Shown here: piece after piece, positions 36,074-44,876 of the stretch | How positions within the stretch are numbered: position 1 is the stretch's first letter | Layout: each line of letters opens with the position of its first letter | Source: an uncultured Clostridia bacterium | GTDB taxonomy: Bacteria > Bacillota > Clostridia > Oscillospirales > Butyricicoccaceae | NCBI GenBank assembly: GCA_910586575.1 | Contig: CAJUJQ010000001.1 | Coordinates: 11,947-75,946, forward strand | Direction: 5' to 3' | DNA: 64,000 nucleotides | Translations under genes and position numbers: made by a program | The notes under the pieces: generated by a model | The model's input: the letters and a program-made list of their open reading frames with translations, nothing else | Database searches by the model: none | What the model was told of the DNA's origin: nothing

Positions 36074-36472
36074 ATGCGATATGAACTCACCCCCGACCTG
36101 GAAACCGGGAACGAACTCATTGACGGGGAACACCGCGAGCTTTTCTCCCGCATCAACCGCCTGCTCGACGCCTGCAGCGTCGGGCGGGGGCGCGAGGAAG
36201 CAGGCCCCGCGCTGGCCTTCCTGCTCGACTACGTCAACACCCATTTCGTGCACGAGGAGCAGCTCCAGCGCGAGTCCAAATACCCCGGCTACCCCGGGCA
36301 CCACACGTTTCATACAGGCTACGTGGCAAAGCTGCGCGAGCTTGCGGCGGAAATCCCGGCCACAGGCGCGACGATTTCCGACCTGAGTATGCTCAACCGG
36401 CACCTCGGCATCCTGATCACCCACATCCGCACCGATGACAAAAAGCTTGGCGCATTCCTGAAAAAGCGCTGA
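36074..36472 (+). CDS. Bacteriohemerythrin-like protein
   Basis: 132 aa. TGNELIDGEHRELF...HFVHEE...HHTFH...ITHIRTDD reproduces the His/Glu/Asp di-iron ligand pattern. Starts 22 nt after the SLH gene stop. Confidence 0.8.
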   Translation: MRYELTPDLETGNELIDGEHRELFSRINRLLDACSVGRGREEAGPALAFLLDYVNTHFVHEEQLQRESKYPGYPGHHTFHTGYVAKLRELAAEIPATGATISDLSMLNRHLGILITHIRTDDKKLGAFLKKR

Positions 36473-36480
36473 CCCGCTGA

Positions 36481-36512
36481 AAGCTGCGCCCCATCCCGGG
36501 GCGCAGCTTTTC
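36481..36512 (+). terminator. Intrinsic terminator after the hemerythrin gene
   Basis: 10-bp stem GCTGCGCCCC/GGGGCGCAGC with a 5-nt loop, followed by TTTTCTGT. Confidence 0.7.
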
Positions 36513-36616
36513 TGTCGGCGAATATCGTCCGGATTTATGCGTTTCGATGCCCGCACAGGCGGGTAGTTTTCCACGAAAGGGCTTTATATGCTGTTTCCTA
36601 CCTAAATTCATCCAAG

Positions 36617-36670
36617 CAAAAAAGCTCCCCTCGTGAGGACAGCCTTTCCTGTCCCACGAAGGGAGCTTTT
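36617..36670 (-). terminator. Intrinsic terminator after livF
   Basis: On the minus strand: AAGCTCCCTTCGTGGG...CTCACGAGGGGAGCTT stem followed by TTTTTT. Confidence 0.6.
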
Positions 36671-36677
36671 GCATTTG

Positions 36678-37388
36678 TTATTCGCCGAGATACGCAGCCT
36701 TGATGGCGTCGTTTGCCATCAGCTCCCGCGCCGGGCCGGACATGACGACCTTGCCCGTTTCCAAAACATAGGCGCGGTCGGCGATGGACAGCGCCTTCTT
36801 GGCGTTCTGCTCGACCAGGAGCACGGTCACGCCCTGCGCGCTGACCTCCTCAATAATCTTGAAGATTTCGCTGACAAACAGCGGGGACAGGCCCATTGAC
36901 GGCTCGTCCATCAGCAGGATCTTGGGCTTGCTCATCAGTGCGCGGCCCATCGCCAGCATCTGCTGTTCGCCGCCCGAGAGCGTACCCGCCAGCTGGGTGC
37001 GGCGCTCCTTCAGCCGTGGGAAGCGCTCATACACCATATCGAGCGAATCCGCGATTTCTGCCTTGTCCGATCGGGTATACGCGCCCATCATCAGGTTTTC
37101 ATACACGCTCAGATTGGAAAACACGCGACGCCCCTCCGGCACGTGCGACATGCCGAGCGACACAATCTTGTGGGACGGGGTGCGCGTCAGCTCCTGCCCC
37201 TCGAACTGCACCGAGCCGGATTTCGCGTGGAGCAGCCCGGTAACGGTGTGCAGGATAGTGGTCTTGCCCGCGCCGTTCGCGCCAATCAGCGCGACAACCT
37301 CACCCTGCCCGACCTCGAAAGAGGCGTCTTTGATGGCATGGATCATGCCGTAATATACGTTTAAGCCTTTGACTTCCAGCATTGCCAT
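36678..37388 (-). CDS. livF: Branched-chain amino-acid ABC transporter ATP-binding protein LivF
   Basis: MLEVKGLNVYYG...GANGAGKTT...LSGGEQQMLAMGRAL. The start is set at ATG 37388; the ORF track extends upstream. Confidence 0.9.
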   Translation of the reverse strand: MAMLEVKGLNVYYGMIHAIKDASFEVGQGEVVALIGANGAGKTTILHTVTGLLHAKSGSVQFEGQELTRTPSHKIVSLGMSHVPEGRRVFSNLSVYENLMMGAYTRSDKAEIADSLDMVYERFPRLKERRTQLAGTLSGGEQQMLAMGRALMSKPKILLMDEPSMGLSPLFVSEIFKIIEEVSAQGVTVLLVEQNAKKALSIADRAYVLETGKVVMSGPARELMANDAIKAAYLGE

Positions 37389-37404
37389 TGGTGTGCGCCC
37401 CCTT

Positions 37405-38163
37405 TCATTCGCCCAGATATGCCGTGACAACCTCTGGGTTGTGCAGCACCTCGGAAGGTGTGCCCTGTGCCAGCTCACGGCCAAAGTTCAGCACGTACAG
37501 ATATTCACAGATGCCCGCGACGAGCTTCATATCGTGCTCAATCAGCAGGACGGTCACGCCGTATTTTTTGCGCACCAGCTCGATGGTTTCCATCAGTTCG
37601 CCGGTTTCCTGCGGGTTCATACCCGCCGCCGGTTCGTCGAGCAGCAGCAGCTTGGGGCTGGTGCCCAGCGCCCGCGCGATTTCCAGCTTACGCTGCTGGC
37701 CGTAGGGCAGGTTCGCCGCCGTGAACTGACTCTTTTCCGCCAAGCCAAACACGCGCAGGATATCGAGCGCCCGCTCGTCCATCTCGCGTTCCTTTTTGCG
37801 ATAGCTGCCCAGGTGCAGGAAGCTCTCGGCAAGGGTGTAGCCGACCTGGTTATGCAGCGCGGTCTTGACGTTGTCAAGTACGGTCAGCTTGTTGAATAAG
37901 CGGATATTCTGGAAGGTACGGGCAACGCCGAGCCTACAGATTTCGTGCGGCGCTTTGCCGACCAGGTTTTCCCCGTCCAGACGGATGCCGCCGTCGGTGG
38001 GGCGGTACACGCCGGTCAGCATATTAAAGACGGTCGTTTTGCCCGCACCGTTCGGCCCGATGAGACCAACCAGGCCGCCTTTTTCGATGCTCATGCTCAG
38101 CGCATCGACCGCCCGCAAGCCGCCGAATGAAATGCCCAGCTGGGTAACTTCAAGCATCGGCAT
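37405..38163 (-). CDS. livG: Branched-chain amino-acid ABC transporter ATP-binding protein LivG
   Basis: 252 aa. GPNGAGKTTVFN...LPYGQQRKLEIARAL...LLLDEPAAGMN. Confidence 0.9.
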   Translation of the reverse strand: MPMLEVTQLGISFGGLRAVDALSMSIEKGGLVGLIGPNGAGKTTVFNMLTGVYRPTDGGIRLDGENLVGKAPHEICRLGVARTFQNIRLFNKLTVLDNVKTALHNQVGYTLAESFLHLGSYRKKEREMDERALDILRVFGLAEKSQFTAANLPYGQQRKLEIARALGTSPKLLLLDEPAAGMNPQETGELMETIELVRKKYGVTVLLIEHDMKLVAGICEYLYVLNFGRELAQGTPSEVLHNPEVVTAYLGE

Positions 38164-38164
38164 G

Positions 38165-39205
38165 TCATTCCACCTCCTTATGCCTGCCGGAGAACAGGCG
38201 TTCCTTGAGTTTCGAGTTGTTGAACAGCATCAGCGCAATCAGCAGGATTGCGTAAAGCAGCATACGGTAATCGTTCACCGCGCGCAGCAGCTCCGGGAGC
38301 ACAGTCAGCAGCGCCGCCGCAATAATCGAGCCCCAGATGTTGCCCAAGCCGCCCAGCACGACAAAAACCAGCACCAGGATCGACGTATTAAAGTCAAATT
38401 TGGCAGCGGTGACGGTGGAATAATTCATTGCGTACAGCGTGCCCGCCATGCCCGCAAAAACCGCCGACACCACAAAGGCAAGCAGCTTGTAACGGGTGAT
38501 GGAAATGCCGATGCTTTCGGCGGCGATGGCATTATCGCGCACGGCCATGACCGCGCGCCCGGTACGGCTGTGCAGCAGGTTCAGGATCAGCAGCAGGGAG
38601 ACCAGGATGAGCACAAAGCCCGCCGTAAAGGTGGAAAGCTTGGACACACCGCTGACGCCGATGGGACCGTTGATAATCATTTTGCCGCCCTCAGCGAGGG
38701 TGAACCTCTGTTCGAGCAGGCTGAAATGCAGGCCGTTTTCATCGCGGCCAATGTACAGCACATTGACGATATTCATAATAATCTGCCCAAAGGCTAAGGT
38801 AACAATCGCGAGATAGTCTCCCTTGAGACGGAGCACCGGGACGCCGACAATCACGCCCATTACTCCGGCAAACAGCCCGCCGGCGGCCATCGCAATCGCA
38901 AGGCGCAGCGGCGCGAAAGGAATCGCGTCGGCAAGCGTCGTGGTGACGACAATGCCGGTGAACGCGCCGACCGACATAAAGCCCGCGTGCCCGAGCGAAA
39001 GCTCCCCCAGGATACCGACAGTCAGGTTGAGCGATACCGCCATGACGATGTAAGCGCAAATCGGGACGAGCTGCCCCTTAAAGGAGCTGGTGATGTTGCC
39101 CGTCTGAATCATCACCTGTACAACGAGAAATGCTATCAGGACAATGCCAAAGGAGATGGTATAATCGCGCCGGTCGGGCGAAAACAATTTTTTCATAATA
39201 TCCAC
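38165..39205 (-). CDS. livM: Branched-chain amino-acid ABC transporter permease LivM
   Basis: 346 aa polytopic membrane protein with LivM-type GELSLGHAGFMSVGA. Sits between livH and livG. Confidence 0.85.
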   Translation of the reverse strand: MDIMKKLFSPDRRDYTISFGIVLIAFLVVQVMIQTGNITSSFKGQLVPICAYIVMAVSLNLTVGILGELSLGHAGFMSVGAFTGIVVTTTLADAIPFAPLRLAIAMAAGGLFAGVMGVIVGVPVLRLKGDYLAIVTLAFGQIIMNIVNVLYIGRDENGLHFSLLEQRFTLAEGGKMIINGPIGVSGVSKLSTFTAGFVLILVSLLLILNLLHSRTGRAVMAVRDNAIAAESIGISITRYKLLAFVVSAVFAGMAGTLYAMNYSTVTAAKFDFNTSILVLVFVVLGGLGNIWGSIIAAALLTVLPELLRAVNDYRMLLYAILLIALMLFNNSKLKERLFSGRHKEVE

Positions 39206-39206
39206 C

Positions 39207-40088
39207 TCACACTTTCTCGTTGCTGCGCTTGCCGAGCAGGCCGTCGGGCTTGACCAGCAGGACGATAATCAGCACGGCGAACACAATCGCGTCCGACAGC
39301 TGCATCGAAATGTAGGCACGGCTCATAATCTCAATAATGCCGAGCATCAGCCCGCCGAGCAGCGCGCCGGGAATCGAACCGATACCGCCGAACACCGCCG
39401 CCGTAAACGCCTTGATACCGGGCATCGAGCCGGTGGTCGGGACGAGCAGCGGATACGCCGAGCAGAGCAGCACGCCCGCAACGGCGGCAAGCGCGGAGCC
39501 AATCGCGAAGGTGACGGAAATGGTGGTATTGACGTTGATGCCCATCAGCTGCGCCGCGCCCTTGTCCTCGGAAACCGCGCGCATGGCGGTGCCCATCTTG
39601 GTTTTGCTGGTGAACAGGGTCAGGCCGACCATAATGACGATGCAGGCGGCAACCGTCGCGAGGGTGACGTGGGAAACAATCAGCCCGCCGTCAAAGAAGC
39701 TGACCGAGCCGGTACCGACCACCGAGGAAAAGCTCTTGGGGTTTGCCGTCCAAAGCAGGAGCGCGGCATTTTGCAGGAAGTAGGAAACGCCGATGGCGGT
39801 AATGAGGACGGCGAGGGACGCCGCCTCACGCAGGGGCTTGTAGGCAAGGCGTTCAATGACGACGCCGAGCACAGTGCAGGCAATGGCAGCAAAAATGACG
39901 GACACCAGCGGGGAAAGCCCAAGATAGCTGGTTGTGCAGAAGCTGACATACGCGCCGATCATGATTACGTCGCCATGGGCGAAGTTCAGCATTTTGGCGA
40001 TGCCGTAAACCATCGTATAGCCCAGGGCGATGATGGCGTACACACTGCCGAGGCTGATGCCGCTAATCAGGTTATTCAGGAAAGCCAT
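39207..40088 (-). CDS. livH: Branched-chain amino-acid ABC transporter permease LivH
   Basis: LivH-type N-terminus (FLNNLISGISLGSVYAIIALGYTMVYG...NFAHGD). The start is set at ATG 40088 behind GAGGTG. Confidence 0.85.
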   Translation of the reverse strand: MAFLNNLISGISLGSVYAIIALGYTMVYGIAKMLNFAHGDVIMIGAYVSFCTTSYLGLSPLVSVIFAAIACTVLGVVIERLAYKPLREAASLAVLITAIGVSYFLQNAALLLWTANPKSFSSVVGTGSVSFFDGGLIVSHVTLATVAACIVIMVGLTLFTSKTKMGTAMRAVSEDKGAAQLMGINVNTTISVTFAIGSALAAVAGVLLCSAYPLLVPTTGSMPGIKAFTAAVFGGIGSIPGALLGGLMLGIIEIMSRAYISMQLSDAIVFAVLIIVLLVKPDGLLGKRSNEKV

Positions 40089-40311
40089 GGTAAGGTAACA
40101 CCTCAAATCCGAATTAAAATTTCATCTTGTGGGGTGGGGCGGCGGCTTTGCGAACGGCTCTCAAAGCCGTCGTCCCGCCCCATAAGCGGTTATTTCAAGA
40201 TACGCTCAAAGGAGGGCGTACCAATGCGCACCCTCCTTTGGGTATCCAGAAAACTCTGATAATATATAGCAGGGATTTCCCAGCGGAGCCGCAAAGCGGC
40301 AAGCCAGAATC

Positions 40312-40530
40312 CCCCGCGCCGCAGCGCGCATCCAATCCGCCGCCGCGCGGCGGTCAAACCCGGCAATCGCATTGTCGGATTTGAAACCTTACGCCGGAGC
40401 GCAGTGTATTGCCCAAGGGGCAATGCATGGAGCGCAGGCTGAACCGATGCACAGCCGTCAGGCTGTGACAGCGGAACCCCCTCGTCCAAAATCCGCAGAT
40501 TTTGGACGAAGAGCAGGCGCGTCAGGCGCG
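40312..40530. repeat. Intergenic modular hairpin repeat, family C, copy 2
   Basis: See 13625..13825: same blocks in the same order, with an extra internal segment. Hairpin CCAAAATC-N4-GATTTTGG at 40486-40505. Lies between livJ-like and livH. Confidence 0.6.
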
Positions 40531-40537
40531 GCGCGAC

Positions 40538-41761
40538 TCAGTCCATGCCCACGTATACACCGTTCTCAATGACCATGCCCTTCGGGCTCTTGGATACGGC
40601 GCCGTCGGTCCAGGTCATGCCTTCGCCGGTCAGGCCGTCAAAGGTCATGGATGAGAATGCCTCAATCATCTTTTCACACAGATCCTCAGCGGACATGTCA
40701 GCCGTCGCGCCGGTCTGCTCAATCGCCTGCTTGAACGCGTAAACGCAGTCATAAGCGTCCGCCGCGAACTGATTCGGGGTTTCGCCGAACAGCTCGTTGT
40801 ACTTGGAAACAAAGCTCTTGGTGCGCTCGTCCTCCGCGTCCGCGTTGAACGGGGTCAGCAGCATAACGCCCTCGGCCAGGGAAGTGTCGAAGCCTTCCAC
40901 GGTCAGGATACCGTCCATGCCGTCAACGCCAAATACCTTCGGCTGGTAATCCATGCCCTTTGCCTGGGTCAGGATCAGGGAAGCCGGGGTGTAATAAATC
41001 GGCAGGTACAGCAGGTCAGCGCCCGCGTTCTTGGCCTCGCCCAGCTGGACAGAGAAGTCGGTCTGGCTGGCAGTGGTGAAGGTGGTTGCGGAAACGATTT
41101 CCAACCCCAGCTCCTTGGCACGCGCCGCGAAACGCTCATAAATGCCGCTGGAGTAAACTTCGTCGTTCTGGTAGATAACGGCAATCTTGGTGCCCAGGCT
41201 CTGCTCGGAAATGTAATCGGCAGACGCGGTGCCCTGGTTCGGGTCCATGAAGCACATCTGGTAAACATTGTCCTTGCCCTCGACAACCGCCGTCGAAGAA
41301 GCGGACGGGGTCAGCGCAAAAATGCGGTCATCATTGTGGCTGGTAGAAGTCGCTTCGGCAGGCTTGGAGGTAACGCCGCTCAGGGAGAGCTGCATGCCCC
41401 AGTCTTTGAGCGCGTTGTATGCGTTCTCAGCCTTCTCGGGGTCGTGCTCGTCGTCCTCGTAGTTCAGCTCGAACTGGACCGCGCCGCCCGCCGCGTTGAT
41501 TTCGTCAACCGCGATTTGCGCGCCGTTCTTGGCAGCGTTGCCGTAAATCGCAGCCGGGCCGGTCAGCGGGCCGTGGCCGCCAATCTTAAAGGTGCCGCCC
41601 GCTTCGCCGGAAGCGCCGGTGTCGCCTTCGTCAGCTGCCGGGGTGTTGTTGTCGGATGCGCTGTTGTCATCGGCTGCGGCGTCGCCGCCGGAATTGCCGC
41701 CGCAGGCTGTCAGGCTGAACACCATCATACCCGCAAGCAGCATTGCAAGAATCTTCTTCAT
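40538..41761 (-). CDS. Branched-chain amino-acid ABC transporter substrate-binding lipoprotein (LivJ/K-like)
   Basis: Lipobox MKKILAMLLAGMMVFSLTAC, a Gly/Ala/Asp-rich tether, and a type-I periplasmic-binding fold (KIGGHGPLTGPAAIYG...). ATG 41761 lies behind AGGAGG. Confidence 0.85.
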   Translation of the reverse strand: MKKILAMLLAGMMVFSLTACGGNSGGDAAADDNSASDNNTPAADEGDTGASGEAGGTFKIGGHGPLTGPAAIYGNAAKNGAQIAVDEINAAGGAVQFELNYEDDEHDPEKAENAYNALKDWGMQLSLSGVTSKPAEATSTSHNDDRIFALTPSASSTAVVEGKDNVYQMCFMDPNQGTASADYISEQSLGTKIAVIYQNDEVYSSGIYERFAARAKELGLEIVSATTFTTASQTDFSVQLGEAKNAGADLLYLPIYYTPASLILTQAKGMDYQPKVFGVDGMDGILTVEGFDTSLAEGVMLLTPFNADAEDERTKSFVSKYNELFGETPNQFAADAYDCVYAFKQAIEQTGATADMSAEDLCEKMIEAFSSMTFDGLTGEGMTWTDGAVSKSPKGMVIENGVYVGMD

Positions 41762-42038
41762 AACAATCCTCCTAAATGGTTGAAACTTTCCAATTGGATG
41801 GCGCTCCATGGGGCGCGCTCTCCAATCGAGAAAATTATACTACATTTCGGGACGGTTGTGCAGGATTTTTTCGCCCTTCCTTCATTTTTTGGAGAAACGC
41901 CCGATTCTGCCCCCGGCTGCGCCGCTTCCTTTTAGCAATTTCACAAACTTCGCGCGGCATGGTTGGCAGATTCCCCCGTTCCCCCCGTCTTTGGAGTCCA
42001 AATGCCCTCCCGTTTACAGATTGTTTTCATATCCATGC

Positions 42039-42067
42039 TTGACATATAATATTATACCACGTATAAT
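42039..42067 (+). promoter_or_regulatory. Candidate sigma-A promoter of the padR operon
   Basis: TTGACA (42039-42044), 17 nt AT-rich near-palindromic spacer, TATAAT (42062-42067). Confidence 0.55.
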
Positions 42068-42102
42068 ATAAGCATCAAGAAACCGGAAAGCGAGGTGGCG
42101 CA

Positions 42103-42417
42103 ATGGCATTCCCGATTGCCGCGGGCCTGCTGGACGCCGTGGTGCTGGCGGTCGTCGCCCGTAAGGGTACCTACGGCTACAAAATCACACAGGACGTGCG
42201 GCAGGTGATGGATATTTCCGAATCAACCTTGTACCCGGTGCTCCGGCGGCTGCTCAAGGACGGCAGCTTATCCACCTACGACCAGTCCATTGCCGGGCGC
42301 ATCCGGCGCTATTACCAGATTACACCCGCCGGGCTGGAAAAGCTCGCGGCGTACCGTGCCGACTGGATTGCCTACCGCGATTCGATTGAACGGGTGTTAG
42401 GGGGAGACGAATCATGA
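42103..42417 (+). CDS. PadR family transcriptional regulator
   Basis: 104 aa. YGYKITQDV...SESTLYPVLRRLLKDGSLSTY...RRYYQITPAG is the winged-helix PadR signature. Confidence 0.9.
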   Translation: MAFPIAAGLLDAVVLAVVARKGTYGYKITQDVRQVMDISESTLYPVLRRLLKDGSLSTYDQSIAGRIRRYYQITPAGLEKLAAYRADWIAYRDSIERVLGGDES

Positions 42418-43256
42418 CCGCGTATGAATACCTGAACGCGCTGCGGGAAGCCCTGGAGGTGCTGCCCGACGACGAGCGCATGAACGCAATCCGCTATTAT
42501 GAAGAATATTTTCTGGACGCCGGGCCGGAGAATGAGTCCAAGGTTATCGAAGAGCTGGGGACACCGGGGCAGGTTGCACAGAATATCCTGAATGAGTATA
42601 CCGATATTGTGCGCGCCACGCCGCGGCAGGAACCGGAGCAGCCCCCGCCGGAGGACGCACCGTCCCAAGGGGAGCCGATGCGGGCCGAGCCGCTCGGGGA
42701 GGACGAAGAACCGCCGCGCAGCTTCCAGGACGGCGGATTCACCCCGCCGCGCCGGTCGGCGCTGACAACGCTGCTCGCCATTTGCGGCGCGGTGCTGCTG
42801 GCGCTCATCGGCATCCCGATTCTGGGAGGGCTGGCCGCTGCCGCGGGCGGGCTGCTGCTCGGGGCGGTTGCCATGGTTGCCGGGCTGGCAGTCAGCGCGC
42901 TGGTGCTGCTGCTCGGGGCGGCCCTGGTGCTGGTCATCCTGCTGGTGCTGCTGCCGGTTTGCCTGATTGTGTCGGGCGTGGTTATTTGCGGCTGTTCGCT
43001 CTTCCTGTGGGGAATGCCCGCCTCCGCGCTGCTGACGCTGGGCTTTGGGCTTTGCCTGCTGGCGCTTGGGCTGCTACTCGCGGTCGGCTGCTTGAAGCTG
43101 GGCGCGGTTTCCTTCCATCCGCTGATGTCCGCCGCAGGCTGGTGCATCGACCGGCTCGGTCAGGCATGCCGCTGGTGCGTGGCGCAATGCAGGCGGCTGC
43201 TTCACTGGTGCGGCGACCTGCTGCGGCGCATGATGGATCGCCTGAGAGGGGTATGA
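42414..43256 (+). CDS. DUF1700/HAAS-type membrane protein (PadR-associated)
   Basis: N-terminal YEYLNALREALEVLPDDERMNAIRYYEEYFLDAG, then a charged linker and a multi-TM C-terminus. Overlaps the padR stop (ATGA). Confidence 0.7.
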   Translation: MTAYEYLNALREALEVLPDDERMNAIRYYEEYFLDAGPENESKVIEELGTPGQVAQNILNEYTDIVRATPRQEPEQPPPEDAPSQGEPMRAEPLGEDEEPPRSFQDGGFTPPRRSALTTLLAICGAVLLALIGIPILGGLAAAAGGLLLGAVAMVAGLAVSALVLLLGAALVLVILLVLLPVCLIVSGVVICGCSLFLWGMPASALLTLGFGLCLLALGLLLAVGCLKLGAVSFHPLMSAAGWCIDRLGQACRWCVAQCRRLLHWCGDLLRRMMDRLRGV

Positions 43257-43257
43257 T

Positions 43258-43431
43258 ATGATGAGATTGCTATTCCGAATCTGCACCGGGCTGCTGACGC
43301 TGGGTGTGCTTGCGCTGCTGGGCGGCGCGGTGGGGCTGGTGGTGCTCCTGCTGCTGCCCGTGGCGATTGTTTTGGGCGGGGGCGTGCTGGCTGTGTTCGC
43401 CGTGGCCTGCCTGCTGCTGCTGATTTTATAG
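43258..43431 (+). CDS. Small hydrophobic protein (57 aa, two predicted TM segments)
   Basis: ATG lies 1 nt after the preceding stop. MMRLLFRICTGLLTLGVLALLGGAVGLVVLLLLPVAIVLGGGVLAVFAVACLLLLIL. Below the 60-aa cut-off of the ORF track. Coding status is uncertain. Confidence 0.35.
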   Translation: MMRLLFRICTGLLTLGVLALLGGAVGLVVLLLLPVAIVLGGGVLAVFAVACLLLLIL

Positions 43432-43493
43432 GAATGTGAGATTGTATCGGATGATGGGTTTATCATACCGATAAGTGAAAGGAGCTGCTGAAA

Positions 43494-44411
43494 ATGAATC
43501 AACTGGTTCGTGCTTGTACCATTGTGCTGGCGGTTGGCGCGGCACTGGCTGTGGCGGGGGCCGCTGCCGGAGGGACGCTGTACAGTACCATCGACAGCGA
43601 GGGCATCCACCCCTGGAACCGTTTCTATCCGCGCCTGCGCTGGGAAACGGAATCGGAATATGAAGAGCGCACAGGCTCCTCGCGCGGCAACAGCGGTTCG
43701 GTGTGGGACGGCAGCCGGAAGGCGCCCCGCGCACTGGACGATATCGAAAATCCTCTTCCCGAGTTGACCGAACCACTGCCCGAAGTTGACCCGGTTACCA
43801 GGCTGAAAAAGATAGATTTCGAGCTGGGCGCGGGGAATTATACCATTGTCGAGGGTGATTCCTACGGACTGGAAGCCGACGGCGACTGGGTGCGCAGCGA
43901 CATTGACAACGGCGTATGGAAAATCCGCACCGAAAAGGTCTGGTCAAACCTGGGGCGGCACATCGACCGGAACTGCACCATCACCGTCCCGGCGGGCTGC
44001 ACCGTGCAGACGCTTGACTGGGTGGTCGGCGCGGCGAATGTGGAGGTTTCCGCACCGATCCATGCGGAAAAGGGCGATTTTGAAATTGGCGCAGGCAACC
44101 TGGAAATCGACAGCCTGACGGTATCCGGCAAGCTGGATATCGAGGTCGGCGCGGGCAACCTGGAAATCGGCAGCCTGACGGTATCCGACAGGCTGGATAT
44201 CGAAATCGGCGCGGGCTATGCCGGGCTTGGCCTGGCAGGCAGCTGGGAGGATTACCGCATTGATGCCGAGGTCGCGATGGGTTCGGTCACCATTAACGGC
44301 AGGGATTTGGTTTCCGGGCTTGCCGGCTCGGCTTCCAAGGGTGACGGCAAACGGAAAATTGACGCCGAGGTCGGCATGGGCGCGATTGACATTACGACTG
44401 AAAGTGCGTAA
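43494..44411 (+). CDS. DUF4097-like beta-helical 'putative adhesin' protein with N-terminal TM
   Basis: Repeated FE(L/I)GAGN..I...L.V....DIE(V/I)GAG modules, typical of the LiaG/DUF4097 proteins that accompany PadR-DUF1700 pairs. Confidence 0.65.
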   Translation: MNQLVRACTIVLAVGAALAVAGAAAGGTLYSTIDSEGIHPWNRFYPRLRWETESEYEERTGSSRGNSGSVWDGSRKAPRALDDIENPLPELTEPLPEVDPVTRLKKIDFELGAGNYTIVEGDSYGLEADGDWVRSDIDNGVWKIRTEKVWSNLGRHIDRNCTITVPAGCTVQTLDWVVGAANVEVSAPIHAEKGDFEIGAGNLEIDSLTVSGKLDIEVGAGNLEIGSLTVSDRLDIEIGAGYAGLGLAGSWEDYRIDAEVAMGSVTINGRDLVSGLAGSASKGDGKRKIDAEVGMGAIDITTESA

Positions 44412-44444
44412 AATAGGATTACTACGGAAAGGGAGGATTCAGTT

Positions 44445-44633
44445 ATGGAACCAAAACGGCTGTACCGCAGTGTCAATAACCGCATGATTTGCGGGGTATG
44501 CGGCGGCATCGCGGAATATTTCAACATCGACCCGACGCTCGTGCGCCTTGGGTTTGCCCTGTTTGCGTTCGGGGCAGGCTCCGGGGTGCTGGCGTACCTG
44601 ATTGCCGCTGTCATTATCCCAACCGAATATTAA
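44445..44633 (+). CDS. PspC-domain protein
   Basis: 62 aa. LYRSVNNRMICGVCGGIAEYFNIDPTLVRLGFAL matches the PspC domain. Confidence 0.8.
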   Translation: MEPKRLYRSVNNRMICGVCGGIAEYFNIDPTLVRLGFALFAFGAGSGVLAYLIAAVIIPTEY

Positions 44634-44640
44634 GGATCGG

Positions 44641-44668
44641 CCGTCCCGGTTTCCCGGGGCGGTTTTTT
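44641..44668 (+). terminator. Intrinsic terminator after the pspC-like gene
   Basis: CCGTCCCGG-TTTC-CCGGGGCGG stem-loop followed by TTTTTT. Confidence 0.7.
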
Positions 44669-44690
44669 CGCGCGGGGCTTCACTGTTCCC

Positions 44691-44741
44691 TGTGGATAAA
44701 TTTTGCACAGCTGTGGATAAGTCTGTGGATAATGTGGATAA
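44691..44741 (+). promoter_or_regulatory. Cluster of four perfect DnaA boxes (TGTGGATAA = complement of TTATCCACA), same orientation
   Basis: Exact 9-mers at 44691-44699, 44712-44720, 44724-44732 and 44733-44741; the last two abut. The cluster lies 135-185 nt upstream of the tepA-like ATG and overlaps a weak TGGATA-N17-TATAAA promoter-like element. Confidence 0.6.
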
Positions 44742-44876
44742 CTCCTAGTATAAATCCTGTGCCGATGGATTTACGCTATGTATATTCCTTCCGGGATTGG
44801 GCAAAAACCGTATAAAACCCGCCGGATTCCGCAGACTAAGGAAAGAAAACGGAACGTATCGAAAGGAGTCATCTTT

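Noticed and set aside
44691-44741. DnaA-box cluster as a chromosomal replication origin.
   Set aside because: No dnaA, dnaN or rpmH neighbourhood, no adjacent AT-rich 13-mer/DUE-like stretch, and all boxes are in one orientation within 51 bp. It is more consistent with a regulatory or titration site. The same reasoning applies to 58933..59014.
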